Below the pieces are notes generated by a model. The model was given only the letters and a program-made list of their open reading frames with translations, did no database searches and had not been told where the DNA came from. Source: Caecitellus pseudoparvulus (taxonomy: Eukaryota; Protista; Bigyra: Bicosoecida). From it: a DNA stretch of 64,000 nt. The position numbers and the translations under genes were made by a program. Positions 21,251 to 32,922 of the stretch are shown in pieces (within the stretch, counting starts at the first letter, position 1; each line of letters starts with the position of its first letter). Where the stretch lies: positions 310,001 to 374,000 of the forward strand of contig CBFFRQ010000030.1 of the NCBI GenBank assembly GCA_965644315.1, given 5' to 3'.

Positions 21251-22423
21251 TCAACAGCGCCTCGCCTTCACTGCATGCACCAGATCCTTGCCTGTAGTGG
21301 CCCGATCTGCAGCGGAGACACTAGTCGGCATGTTTTCCGGTGGAACAGGCAAGGGTGCCTCCCGAAAGTACGCGTGCGCCAGCGCCTCCTTGGCACTGAT
21401 GCGCTGCGCTGGATCCCAGTCCAGCAGGCGGTGCAGCAAGTCAAGCCCCGCTGGAGAGATGTGACTGAACGCCTCCTGCAGGACATCCCGCGCAAAGTCA
21501 GATGCTTGTATGCCACTGCTCAAGGCCTGGGCGGCAGGGAGCTCGCGCCAGCCCGGCCACATGCTGCCTGGCCAGCCAAGAAGCTCCACCATGAGTGCGA
21601 ACTGCTGTGCGTCTGTCTGCCCAGCCAACAGCGGCTGCCCCAGGAGCAGCTCGCCAAAGATGCACCCCACACTCCATAAGTCTGCGCTGGGACCATAGTG
21701 GGTGCCACCAAGCAGAATTTCAGGTGCCCGGTACCACAACGTAACGACGCCAGCCGTGCTGGCCGCTGGCGGACAGGCAAACGACCGCGCCAAGCCGAAA
21801 TCAGCCAGGTACACGTTTCCCTCGTGGTACAGGAGGTTGGATAACTTCAAGTCCCGGTGCATGATCCAGTGCCTGTGGCAGTGCTGTAGCGCACTCAGGA
21901 GCTGCCACAGTATTGTCTTCACTTCCCCTTCGCTAAAGGGAGACTGAGGCCGGGCATCCACAAAGGCAGCCAAATCGACCGACGCGTACTCAAAGACGAG
22001 AAAAACCTGCTCCCTGCTCTTCCCCACTGCAACTTCCAGCAACTTGGCAATGTGCTTGTGTTGACCCAGGCGCCTCAAGGCCCGGATTTCCCGAAGAGCT
22101 GTCTGCGGGAAGCCTTCAGCTGCTTCGTGGTGCAGCGCCACCTGCTTCAGCGCGACAAGACGCCCTGTGCCTTTATGGCGAGCCTTGAATACAGTCCCAT
22201 ATGTTCCACTTCCGATGGCAGCCACGCGTTCGTACATGCCCACGTTGGTGCACGTGCCCGCCTGCCGGGCGGCAGCTGCTTGGCTTCCCTCCAGGCCAGA
22301 CCCATCGCTACCTGCCGCAGCTGCCACAGCGCTCACCCCGCCTGCCTGATCCCCACCCGCCTCGTTTTCTCGTTGTCGTTTTCTCCTTCGCGGGTGTGCC
22401 ACCTTGACTTTCGGGAAGTCCAT
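21251..22423 (-). CDS. Cyclin-dependent kinase, CDK10/CDK11 family
   Basis: GSGTYG, VALK, FPQTALREI, HRDLKLSNLL, DFGLAR, VVTLWYRAPE, C-terminal PENMPT similar to CDK10. Confidence 0.88.
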   Translation of the reverse strand: MDFPKVKVAHPRRRKRQRENEAGGDQAGGVSAVAAAAGSDGSGLEGSQAAAARQAGTCTNVGMYERVAAIGSGTYGTVFKARHKGTGRLVALKQVALHHEAAEGFPQTALREIRALRRLGQHKHIAKLLEVAVGKSREQVFLVFEYASVDLAAFVDARPQSPFSEGEVKTILWQLLSALQHCHRHWIMHRDLKLSNLLYHEGNVYLADFGLARSFACPPAASTAGVVTLWYRAPEILLGGTHYGPSADLWSVGCIFGELLLGQPLLAGQTDAQQFALMVELLGWPGSMWPGWRELPAAQALSSGIQASDFARDVLQEAFSHISPAGLDLLHRLLDWDPAQRISAKEALAHAYFREAPLPVPPENMPTSVSAADRATTGKDLVHAVKARRC

Positions 22424-22670
22424 AGCGTAGGGCTTGTCTTGTATGAGGAGGCGTCTGCAAAACGCGGACGAAACGCTGAGCAACTTGCCCTGGGCAGTCG
22501 AGACATAGGCCACAAATATAATTCTCGAGTGTTCGAGCTTTCTGAACCATGCTTCATGCTTGCGATTTGTCTGGGTGAGCGTTTTGAGCTTCCCGTGGGT
22601 GTTTGAGCGTGGAGGACGCCGCGCATGATTCCGCAGGCGCCTGGCAGCTCCCGGCAACAAGCACAGCACC

Positions 22671-23747
22671 ATGGCTGCCCCGGACAAGCGGACGCCAGGA
22701 ACTGTCTCCAGGCTAGATGCAGCATCCCATCTCAATCTTCTGGGAACGCGCCAGAAGATCGCTGAGCTTCAGGCGACCGAAGCTGCTCTTCGCCAGTTGA
22801 CAGCCGAAAGCGGCGGTGAGACGAGACAGGACACCCTCCTCCCCATTTCAAAGTTTGCCTTTGCGAAGGGAGCCCTGCACGCTGACCGGAAGATTCTATG
22901 CCCTCTGCACACTGGGCACGCCGAGCAGGTGTTCAACGCACAGGCCAAGACATTTGGCATCCCTGCACCCCCGTCCCAAGCAGACGAGCACGGCTGGCAC
23001 GCCTCCTTGTCACACGAGGCCGCGATCGAGCTATGCCAGCGACAGGTGCAGGAACTCATCCGACTTGCTGATGCGTTGGACACCAATGCTGCGCGGCAGG
23101 AGGTCATTTCCTCCCCTGGCCACGCTCTGCACGTGCTGCTGACCGGCGCAGAAGCGCGCAACGTCCACCTGAACTTCGCGGATGCACTGGTGGAGGGGAG
23201 CTCTGCGTCGGGGGAGCGAGAGGACCTTGACGAGGGTGACTTGTTCAGCGAGGGGCTGCTGCCCCCTGAAGACGCTGCGCGTGTGCGGGCTCCTCGTCCC
23301 ACCTCAGCTGCCCCGGCCCCCGGTGCACAGACGACGCCTCTGAGGGGGGCTGCTTGGGAAGCCCGTGTGGCCGAGCTGGAGCGCGCTGAAGCCGAGGCAT
23401 CATATGAGGAGGTCTGGGGCGAGACCCCCCCCCTGCTGCCGGGCGCCATGGAGCCCAGCACGGGTGTAGCCTCGCAGGCGTGCCGAGGGGAGCCAACAGA
23501 AGCCGGCCATCGGCCAGGTCCACATGGCGAGCTGCGGCAGCGCCCAGACGGGACTGTGGATATTGTTGAAGACGAAGCGGAAGCTGTCACTCCGCGAATG
23601 GCCCCTGCTCTGCAGCCTCCCACGCCAGCGGCGGGGCTACCGATTGAAGTTCGTGAGAGGGCGCCAGCACCCGGCGAAAGTCCAGCTCCCTCCGCGCCGC
23701 GGTCTGGGAAGCAGTCTCTCTTTCGCTCGCGCCTCAGACGTGGGTAG
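22671..23747 (+). CDS. Unconventional prefoldin URI1/Bud27-like
   Basis: Alpha-prefoldin-like N-terminus (LLPISKFAFAKGAL...SHEAAIELCQR), acidic middle, terminal KQSLFRSR resembling the URI box. Confidence 0.6.
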   Translation: MAAPDKRTPGTVSRLDAASHLNLLGTRQKIAELQATEAALRQLTAESGGETRQDTLLPISKFAFAKGALHADRKILCPLHTGHAEQVFNAQAKTFGIPAPPSQADEHGWHASLSHEAAIELCQRQVQELIRLADALDTNAARQEVISSPGHALHVLLTGAEARNVHLNFADALVEGSSASGEREDLDEGDLFSEGLLPPEDAARVRAPRPTSAAPAPGAQTTPLRGAAWEARVAELERAEAEASYEEVWGETPPLLPGAMEPSTGVASQACRGEPTEAGHRPGPHGELRQRPDGTVDIVEDEAEAVTPRMAPALQPPTPAAGLPIEVRERAPAPGESPAPSAPRSGKQSLFRSRLRRG

Positions 23748-23807
23748 CACCCGGCGAGCTCCGACTCTGCATGGCCGGCGGGCCCGCTGAACGCCTTCGA
23801 TGACAGC

Positions 23808-25484
23808 ATGAGGGAGGTGCTGGCCTGGCGTGGCAACCCTGACCTCGTCATGGAGCTGTGTGCAGAACAAGCCGCAAGTGCAGAGGCTGCTCGCCACTCA
23901 CACCACCCGCCTCCGCAGCGCAGGTGGGAGGAGCGGAGGGAACACCAGCCTCGCCATCCCGAGCAGCACCCTGCCCAGGGCGCGCCGCGGCAGTTGGAGC
24001 CGTCAGTGTGCGTCTTGCGCCTGCACCCCTCCATGGACGACCAGGCGCTCCTGGAGACGTTTCAGCCGCTGTGCCCTGACATCACTTCTGCCCACGTGCG
24101 AATGGATCGAGGCAGGTCCAAGGGGTTTGGCTTCCTGCGCTTCGCTCAGCAAGCAGCAGCCGATGCCGCTGTGCAGCGTCTAGACTACACGCGTGCGCAC
24201 GGGCGAAGACTGCGGGTGAGGCCCGCCACCCGGCCAGGGGAGAGTGCCCCTGCGCTGCGGCCTGACACCTTCCGCCTGCGCATCGAGCCCGTCCCGTTGC
24301 AGTGGTCCGACGAGGACGCCTTTTCGTTCTTCGAAGCAGGGCACCCCTCCCTCAGCAGCGCAACGGTCATCCGCGGCAAAGGCCCCCCCGTGCTGTACTT
24401 GCACTGTGAGGAGCACCAAGATATGCTGCGTGCCATGTACAACGTGCGAGGCATGACCCTGCCGGGTGCCACCGCACCCCCTTCTGCGGGCCCCAAGCTG
24501 CCCGAACACGATGGACCACCACCCCCGGGCTGCAAACTCCCAGAACACAGTCCACCAGCACGAGTGGAGCAAGGCAAAGCCGTGGCGCCTGCTGCTGTCG
24601 TGGCACCGGCTGTGTCCGCCAGCCCTTCCTCACTGCCTGTGGATGTCGGTGACCTGCTGGATGATGACGAAGAGTCGGATGCAGAAGGCGCGTCGGGGGA
24701 CAGGGGACGTGGGGAGGCACAAGCACCTGCTGCGGCCACTGCTTCTGTTGGTGCTTCCTCGTCAACCACTGGCACCGAAAAGGCAGGCGAAGGGGAACAC
24801 GCCGGGCCGCGACCCCAAGCAAAACCTGCGGGCACACGCACGCTGCTGGTTGGCTGTGTCCCACTCTCCTGGAGCCGCCAAGACCTGCTGCGTGCATTCC
24901 AAGATCGGGTGGAGGGCGCAGAGAGTGCCGTCGTGAAACGTGGGCCTGGGCAGCTGGTGGCCAGCGGCGGGTCGGTCACATTCTCAACCCCTGCAGCCGC
25001 TGAACAGGCACAGGAAGTCATGCACGGCTTGCCTGTGGACGAGGACTTGGCCCTCTCCGTCCGCAGCTCGCCCAAACTGCAACTCTCCGAATTCCACACC
25101 CACTTGCACGGGCTGCCAGCGCGTGTCCGGTGGGAAGCTGTCTTCAGCTGGGCAGTGGCAGGCCTGAACGCACACACGCCAGGTGCTGGAAGGCAGGTGC
25201 TGGGGGTGCAGGGGTGTGGCCACCGCGATGGTGCCGTCAAGCTGTTCTTTAAATCACCGCTTGCCCTGCGACAGGCATGGAAAGCGCTGCCGGGGAGGCC
25301 CTTCGCGGGGCGCCCAGTGCAGCTCACAGAGGACGGCGATGGCAAGGCTCCCACGACGACCACCACATCGTCGGGCATTGTGGTGACTCGCCGAGGGCGG
25401 ACCTCCGAGCAGACAGGTGGATCAAAGCGTGCACGGGCTGGAACGGAAAACCCCCGCCTTGCCAAGCTGCCTCGGCAGCACTGA
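23808..25484 (+). CDS. Multi-RRM RNA-binding protein
   Basis: RNP1 SKGFGFLRF with a full RRM, plus two or three degenerate RRM-like units. Confidence 0.75.
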   Translation: MREVLAWRGNPDLVMELCAEQAASAEAARHSHHPPPQRRWEERREHQPRHPEQHPAQGAPRQLEPSVCVLRLHPSMDDQALLETFQPLCPDITSAHVRMDRGRSKGFGFLRFAQQAAADAAVQRLDYTRAHGRRLRVRPATRPGESAPALRPDTFRLRIEPVPLQWSDEDAFSFFEAGHPSLSSATVIRGKGPPVLYLHCEEHQDMLRAMYNVRGMTLPGATAPPSAGPKLPEHDGPPPPGCKLPEHSPPARVEQGKAVAPAAVVAPAVSASPSSLPVDVGDLLDDDEESDAEGASGDRGRGEAQAPAAATASVGASSSTTGTEKAGEGEHAGPRPQAKPAGTRTLLVGCVPLSWSRQDLLRAFQDRVEGAESAVVKRGPGQLVASGGSVTFSTPAAAEQAQEVMHGLPVDEDLALSVRSSPKLQLSEFHTHLHGLPARVRWEAVFSWAVAGLNAHTPGAGRQVLGVQGCGHRDGAVKLFFKSPLALRQAWKALPGRPFAGRPVQLTEDGDGKAPTTTTTSSGIVVTRRGRTSEQTGGSKRARAGTENPRLAKLPRQH

Positions 25485-25598
25485 GGCTTCAAGCCGCGGC
25501 AAGCACCAGTCCTGAGACATGGGCCCTGCTGAACGCACGCGGCTGCTGCTGCGACAGGAGGGAACTAAATGCAGTAGAAATACAGGCAACCACAGGCT

Positions 25599-28500
25599 AT
25601 GGCCGCAACCAGCCCCAAGGCTGGTGTGCACGAGTGGGTTGCTGCCCTTCGCATCAACGCCAGACTGAAGAATATGGGACCGCAGCCCACATCACACGTG
25701 CTGTCCAGCAAGCTCGCATCTGCCAGACAGATGCATGCAATGCAGCCAATACTCTCCGACTGTGGCACGCCTTGGGCTGCTTTGCAAGCGCGCGGCGCGA
25801 CAAGGCGGCTGCGCAGCACATCAACGTTGCAGCATGGCAACGCAGCAACTCTCTGACGCAGGCGGTGAGCACAGCGTTCTCCGCGCCCCAAGGAGGGTGT
25901 TACGCCGCGGCCTGACACGTAAACCCATCAAGTCTTCCATCATTGTCCCTGTCGCGCAGGTGCAGCCGCTGAATCTGTGCCCGCGCACCACATCAGCGTT
26001 GCAGGCGCCGTCGCGGAATTTGAGAAGTATCGCTGGTGGAAGCGGTCTGATGACGCACGAAAAGGCACCCTCATCCAGTTCGTTGAAACCCTGCTGTCCA
26101 GTGATGAAGACTCTGACGCCATCGCTGCTGCTATTCGCGCCATCGCGGGCTGCCCAGTGAGACAGCGCCCAAGCCACGCCCGCTGCCCAGCGCATGAGGC
26201 ACGCAAGTCAACCCTCTCCAACCCTGCAGCGCTTCCCGCGAGTGGAGACCCTCTCCTTCCTCCAGGAACCAGGCATACTCACCACATTGTTTGAAGCCTT
26301 CTGTGCATCGCCTTCGAGCACCAATCCTCACCTCGCATTCCAATCGTTCATCCAAGAGTGTGCCCGTTGGCTCCCCAAGCCTTTCAGGCAGTTCATTGGA
26401 GCCCACGATGGGGCCCATTCGATGAAGCTGGAAGCTGCCGACAATCATGAACAACTTCGAGTCCTAATTGTGGGTGTGCTGGACAAGCAAGCCGCAGAGC
26501 TCGCTGACGAGCGAGACAGACAAGCCATGGAGGCCAGGATTCGTGAGCGCTTCGAGGACCGAGTCAGCCAGCTTGAGCCACGCGTACAGGACCAACTTCG
26601 CCGTGTGTTTGGCGCCCTGTCGGCTTCCACGTGCCACCCCGACGCCGTCATCGCCGTGAAGGACGCGTTTGTGCAAGTGCGTGCACTGCCACCACTCCCC
26701 CGCACACCCGCGCAAGCCCCGCACCGAGCCCACGCTGCTGCACCACAGACCCCCTCCTACCGCGTGGACACTGTCATAGCTCTGGCCAGCCCTGCTGTCG
26801 TCGAGGAGGCCTTCCGCTTGCTGGCACAGCCTGGGGGGGACGCACCATCACTGAGGCGGCTCGAGGCATCCTGGCGATCCCTCACGAGCTGGCCGCTGGA
26901 CACCCTGCAGCAGCAACTGTCTGAGGGGAGCCTTGCCAAGCCTGCTGCGGTGTCTCAGGAGGACTGGGACGTGTTCATGAATGAGCACGTGCGAGAGGTG
27001 CTGTACCAGCACACACTGCACACCATGACCGAGCGAGTGGACGCCAGGTTCAGTTTGACGCTGGATCGTCTGGATCGGTCTGCGCGAGGCAAGGCCGAGG
27101 AGGCCTTCGAGGCCTTGTCAGCTTCCACGTGCCACCCCGACGCCGTCATCGCCGTGAAGGACGCGTTTGTGCAAGTGCGTGCACTGCCACCTGCCACGAC
27201 TCCCCGCACACCCACGCAAGCCTCGCACTGAGCCCAAGCCGCTGCACCACAGGCCCCCTCCTACCGCGTGGACACTGTCATAGCTCTGGCCAGCCCTGCT
27301 GTCGTCGAGGAGGCCTTCCGCTTGCTGGCACAGCCTGGGGGGGACACACCATCACTGGTGCGGTTCGGGGCATTCTGGCGATCCCTCACGAGCTGGCCGC
27401 TGGACACCCTGCAGCAGCAACTGTCTGAGGGGAGCCTTGCCAAGCCTGCTGCGGTGTCTCAGGAGGACTGGGACGTGTTCATGAATGAGCACGTGCGAGA
27501 GGTGCTGTACCAGCACACACTGCACGCCATGACCGAGCGAGTGGACGCCAGGTTCAGTTTGACGCTGGATAATCTGGATCGGTCTGCGCGAGGCAAGGCC
27601 GAGGAGGCCTTCGAGGCCCTAGACGCTTCCACGTGCCACCCCGACGCCGTCATCGCCGTGAAGGACGCGTTTGTGCAAGTGCGTGCACTGCCACCTGCCA
27701 CGACTCCCCGCACACCCACGCAAGCCTCGCACTGAGCCCAAGCCGCTGCACCACAGACCCCCTCCTACCGCGTGGACACTGTCATAGCTCTGGCCAGCCC
27801 TGCTGTCGTCGAGGAGGCCTTCCGCTTGCTGGCACAGCCTGGGGGGGACGCACCATCACTGCGGCGGTTCGAGGCATTCTGGCGATCTCTCACGAGCTGG
27901 CCGCTGGACGCCCTGCAGCAACGACTGTCTGAAGGGAGTCTTGCCAAGCCTGCTGCGGTGTCTTTGGAGGACTGGGACATGTTCGTGAAGAAGCGCGTGC
28001 GAGAGGCGCTGTACCAGCACACACTGCACGCCATGACCGAGCGAGTGGACGCCAGGTTCAGTTTGACGCTGGATAATCTGGATCGGTCTGCGCGAGGCAA
28101 GGCCGAGGAGGCCTTCAGTACCCTGGATGCTTCCACGTGCCACCCCGACGCCGTCATTGTTGTCAAGCACACAATGTTTCGATGGCCTGTGCGTTGAGGC
28201 CTCGCCCTCCTCACCAGGAACTTTCGACCCTGGCTGCTGCCACTCACACGTCCCCCACTCCCCGCTGCCCCTCACAGCTTGACAGGGAAGGAGGCACTCT
28301 TCTGGCGCTGGTCACCCCTGCCCTGGTCCAAGAGACCTTTGCCGTGCTGGCTCAGCCTGAGGGTGACGCACAGTCACTGGTACGGTACGAGGACTTCTGG
28401 TGGCGGTGTCTGCGGACAGCACTGCCCCATCTGATCGAGGACCTGGACAGCGGGAGCTTCGAGCGGCCTGACGGGGTGTGTGAGGAGGTTTGGGGGGCTC

Positions 28501-29767
28501 TGGTGGGCACCCATATGTTGCCAGCCTTGAAAACCGCCTCTTATACGAGCACGTTGGCGCGCATGGAACTGAAAGTCCAAAAGGATCTGCGTGATGTCGA
28601 AGGCAAGCTGAAGGATACCCTGCAGCCTGAGATTCGGGGCGTGATGTCCGCGCTCGAAGAAGCGAAAGTCGACCCAGACATCATCACTGTTGTGTCGTAC
28701 TCGTTCGCCATGGCCATGCGCAGGGTAGGTTTTCCTTTGCCCGTGCGCAAAGTGGCGACCTGTGTTTATTGCGTGTAAGAGAAACACTGATCCCCTGCCT
28801 TTGCTTTGCAGTCTCGCATCCAAGGGGAGACAGTGAATGCCCTGCTTACACTCGAACTTGTGATACAGTCCTCAGCTGTTCTTGCTCAGCCCCCCATGGC
28901 TGCGCCGTCACTTGAGCGGCTTGGGGCTTTCTGGGAAGATGTCGTGCAGCGCAAGCCCGGCACGCTTCTGCGCAGGCTGTGCGGAGGGACGTGGGCGCAG
29001 CCAAAAGGGGTCGGCCAGGAGGCGTGGCATGCCTTCCTCGCTGACTGCATCATGCCCCCAGTCCGCGGTTTGCTGTACGCCGCGGGCCAGGCTCGTGCGG
29101 CGGAAGCCTCCAGGATTCGCCCGGACAAGGGCTTCCACGCCATGGACCAGGACACGCGACGCAAGGCAAAGGAAGCATTCAAGCACCTGCATGCGAGCTC
29201 GTGCAGCCCACTCGCCGCCAAAGCAGTGAGCCGAGGTTTTCGGCAGATGAGGGTGCGTGTGGGTGGTTCTTGAACCGTCCACTCCGAACGCACGACCTTG
29301 CCGTGCCTCGCACCTTCGCCACAGCCCCTCACACACTCCCCACTCCCCGCTGTCCTTCACAGCTTGTTCCTGTCAGCGACACAATTCTGGCACTGGTCAC
29401 TCCTGCCCTGGTCCAAGAGACCTTTGCCGTTCTGACTCACCCTGAGGGTGACGCCCATTCACTGGTACGGTACGAGGCCTTCTGGCGGCGGTGTCTGGAG
29501 ACAGCGCTGCCCCACCTGATCGAGGACCTGGACAGCGGGAGCTTCGAGCGGCCTGACGGAGTGTGTGAGGAGGCCTGGGGGGCTCTGTTGAGCACCCACA
29601 TCATGCCAGTGCTGGAGACGGCACATGAGAAGGCAGAGCAAGCCAGGCTGTACCAGGCCAGGCGGAGGGAAGCCGCATTGGTCCTGTTGCGAGCTTGCGT
29701 ACACCAGCGTCAATCAGGCGACATGATCCCTTCTGACGAGGTCTATGGCTGGCTCAGTCGGTTGTGA
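25599..29767 (+). CDS. Unknown modular repeat protein, one module per exon; module exons 26230-26676, 26749-27174, 27253-27678, 27757-28188, 28278-28724, 28812-29252, 29363-29767 (5' exons uncertain)
   Basis: All module-flanking introns are GT-AG and phase 0; splicing removes the in-frame stops and gives one continuous ORF of homologous helical modules. Confidence 0.75.
26622..28157 (+). repeat. Tandem repeat, 504-bp period (426-nt exon + 78-nt intron), about 3 copies
   Basis: Equivalent positions at 26749, 27253 and 27757; the copies are near-identical. Confidence 0.95.
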
Positions 29768-30247
29768 GGGCAGTGCTCGTGCTGCTCAACGTGCTCCGTC
29801 GCATTTGCATGCCACGGAGCACATGCGAAGCAGCAGCCAAGCGGCGTGGAGGGCACTCATCGCAGCCCCCCAGACGGGCCAATGCATGCTGGCCTGTGGT
29901 GGCTTGCAGTTCCAGGGCACTAGCACCTGTGCTGCTCTGACAAGGGAGTTCTGCACTTGCCGCTGCCTGACGGCCGCCCAGCTGGCCATGCAAGTTGTAG
30001 GCACCAGCGCAGCGGGCTGGACGCCTGGGTGCGGGAGGCGTCAAGCAAGCGCGGGCAGCAAGCTGGGGGTCCAGCTACCTGCAAGCTGGGCGGTGCGCGC
30101 AAGTCGCGGCTCCGCATCGTCCCGTGATTCCCACGGCTCTGCGTTGTCACACGCTCCTGACTTTCGCTTCAAAAAGTGGGCACCTCCAATTCTTCTGCAC
30201 AGTGAGGAGATTGCTTGGTGCTATTTCTGCGCCCGCAAGCCGTGGAC

Positions 30248-32770
30248 ATGGCACACCCCGTGGCAGCTGTCAGGCAGCTGCTTGATCGCCGCCATGTGCG
30301 ACAGGTGATGGCCTTCACCACCATGTCTGTCGACAAGGACTTGAGCCAGGCCTTCTGTGCCGCGCAGCCAATCCTGCTCGCACTAGCAAGGGAGGTGGGG
30401 CATGGTGTGGTGAGCTTCGCTGATGTTTGGCCTTGGTGGTCTCAGGCGGCTGCATCACTTGGTGTGTGGTCTGAGGATGGCAGCTTGGCCAGCAGGTGTG
30501 CTTGACCGCCTTCTGCTCTCTCCACTGCACAGACGTGAGCGGCACGCCCTTCACATGCAGCAAGGGATTTGTTGCCCACCTAAATCGCCGCCAAGTCAGA
30601 CCACTTGCCGTCAACGCCACAGAGTGCTGCTTGACCGATTCTGGCGTGGCCAGGTGAGTGCGGCATTTGAACGTGCCGTTTCGTATCTCCAGGATCACAC
30701 AGCGCGGCACCCCTGACTATCAACAGGCTTTTGAGAATACAGGACTTACAAACGGTGTCCATTCGAAACAACCCGCAGGTGACTGACGAAGGACTCGTCG
30801 GTGCGGCGCTCCAGGGCAGCTTGCGTGTGTTGGACTGCCGCGGGTGTCCTGGTGTCTCTGCTGCCGCTGCTTGGGCTCCGTTCACACCCCCCTCAGCGCA
30901 TCACGAGCTGCAGGCATTTGCCTCTGACCAGCCATCTCCTCATCCGCCTCGTCCTTTGCCAGTCCCTGCTGTGGGTGGCGTGGCACCTCCCAGCCTGTCC
31001 CTTGAAGAAGCCGCGTCAGCTTTGCCAGTATTGGCTGCACACAAACTCCACCTGGTGGTGGACTCAGGCATCGCACAGACTTGGCAGCGCACGGTGCGTT
31101 CTTCCATTGTTCAGCTGAAGGCTCTGTGCAGGTGGATGGCCTCACAGGATGCGACGACGGCAGATGCCTTGTCGTGTCCAGACCCATCCTCGGCTGAGGG
31201 CTGGGCGAAGGAACTCGCAGCTCTGGCTCACAGCCTCTCGGGACGCACCGCGAGGTACTTGACCAGTTCTGCTCGCCATCTGCAGCTCCCTGTCAAGGGC
31301 ACCAAGGCTGAACTGTCCATTCGCTTGGGCACCTTCTTGTGGCGTGTGGGGGCCACTGGCTGCGCCTTGGCCGAGGCCTTGGTTGACGAATGTGCGATCC
31401 TACCTACCCTGAAAGCTGAGGGGCTGCTTAGTTGGTCATGTGACAGCCCATGCATCCCTCGCTGCTTGCCCTCCTTCCTGCGCTGCATGCAGGAAGCATG
31501 GGCACTTCTGCAAAGTGGGAAAGGAGTGGCTCCGCTGGCGGCGCTGGCCTGGCCGTCAGCGCAGCAGTTTGTCGAGAACGGGGCAGTAGATCGCCGCACT
31601 TCGCATGATTGGTCATCTGCCCTTGCCTGGGAGGTGTCTGAAGGCCCGCCCCAAGGGGTGTCAGTGCGGCAAGCTCCAGCAGACTCCGGGACAGGAGCAG
31701 CTCCGCACGCCACAGACACTCCGCGCGGCCACATCTCCTCGTCAAGCCGCCGCTCAGCTTCCTCTGTAAGCAGACGTCTGGACTTCGACGACGATGCGGG
31801 GGCCCCCAAAGGACAGATGAATGAGGCCCCCGCTGTGCCGGTGCCGTCTCCGCAGACGGTGGCGGGCAAGGCTCTGGTGAGAACCACGACCATGAGGGCG
31901 TTCATGAAGAGCCTCCTTGTGCAGCCTGCGGTGCAGGCGCCCACCACGCGGATCCCCAGCAGACACACCGGCCACCCTCCAAGCTCGCCTGCTGAAACTC
32001 CGAGACGTGTCCGGCGCGGGGTGGGGCTGGTGCGCTCTTCCTCTTCCCGAAGGGCAGCTGCCATGCTATCAGCGTCAGGGCCGCATGCTCCTGCACAAGT
32101 AAGCCAGCGCGCCCGTGCGCGGGAGCTCCCGGCAGCCACACCTGCAGCAACGCCCAAGACAGCCCCCTCGCGCGGTCCGAAGCACTTGCCCGCCGGGTCT
32201 CTCCTGTCGGTCACAAAGAGCTTGTTCCGCTCGCCTGGGGAGAGGCTGAGGACCCCGATGGCCGTGGGAGGGCGGAAACGGCCCCGGGATGCGGATGCCT
32301 CCTTCCAACGGCAGCGTGGGAAAACCAGTCGAAGTGCAAACAGTGCGACTTCGGCACCTTCACTCGCAGAGGCCCGAGGCAGGCTTGGCCGTGCCCCGCA
32401 CACAGTCAGCCTTGACCAGCACAGGAGACTTCTTGCTGGAAGCCCGGTCTACGGGGCTCTTCTTTCCCTCCAAGCACGTGTGAAAGCAATCAGCGTCAAA
32501 GGTGCAGCCTTGGCGGCCTCCGCTCGCTTGTCGGCTGCCGGTGTTCGCGATCCTGCAGCGTGGAAAGCGAGGCTTTTGAAGGCTGTGCCGTTCACAGCAC
32601 TCATGTTGGCCAAGCTGCTGATGCTGCGGGAGCCCTTACTGAGCGCGTGTGGAGCCATGCAGAGTGGTGCCCCGAGAGAAGTGCAAGAGTTGTATGAGCA
32701 ACTCTTCGGAGAGTACTCTCGCGCCAAGCAGCACCTCGGGCAGCATGACATGCTACCTGCATTCAAGTAG
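30248..32770 (+). CDS. Hypothetical protein with AMN1/F-box-type LRRs and a SAP-like motif, spliced
   Basis: LTDSGVARLL..LQTVSIRNNPQVTDEGL..LRVLDCRGCPGVS; SAP-like HLQLPVKGTKAELSIRL; basic S/P-rich region. Confidence 0.6.
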
Positions 32771-32922
32771 GCCTGCCTTGAGCGCCGTTGGCGTGTTTCT
32801 TGGCACCCCTTCGTGCCCAACGCGTGCGGTCCGCTGCCATGACTGCCAGGCGGGCACCCAGTGAGCCAAGCGCGCCGAACCACGCTGCGGGCTTGGTGTT
32901 TGGGTCGAGCACATAGCACGTA

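Noticed and set aside
26622-28157. Tandem array as a CRISPR-like or transposon repeat
   Set aside because: No short repeat/unique spacer structure, terminal repeats or transposase; the units are exon+intron of a spliced gene.
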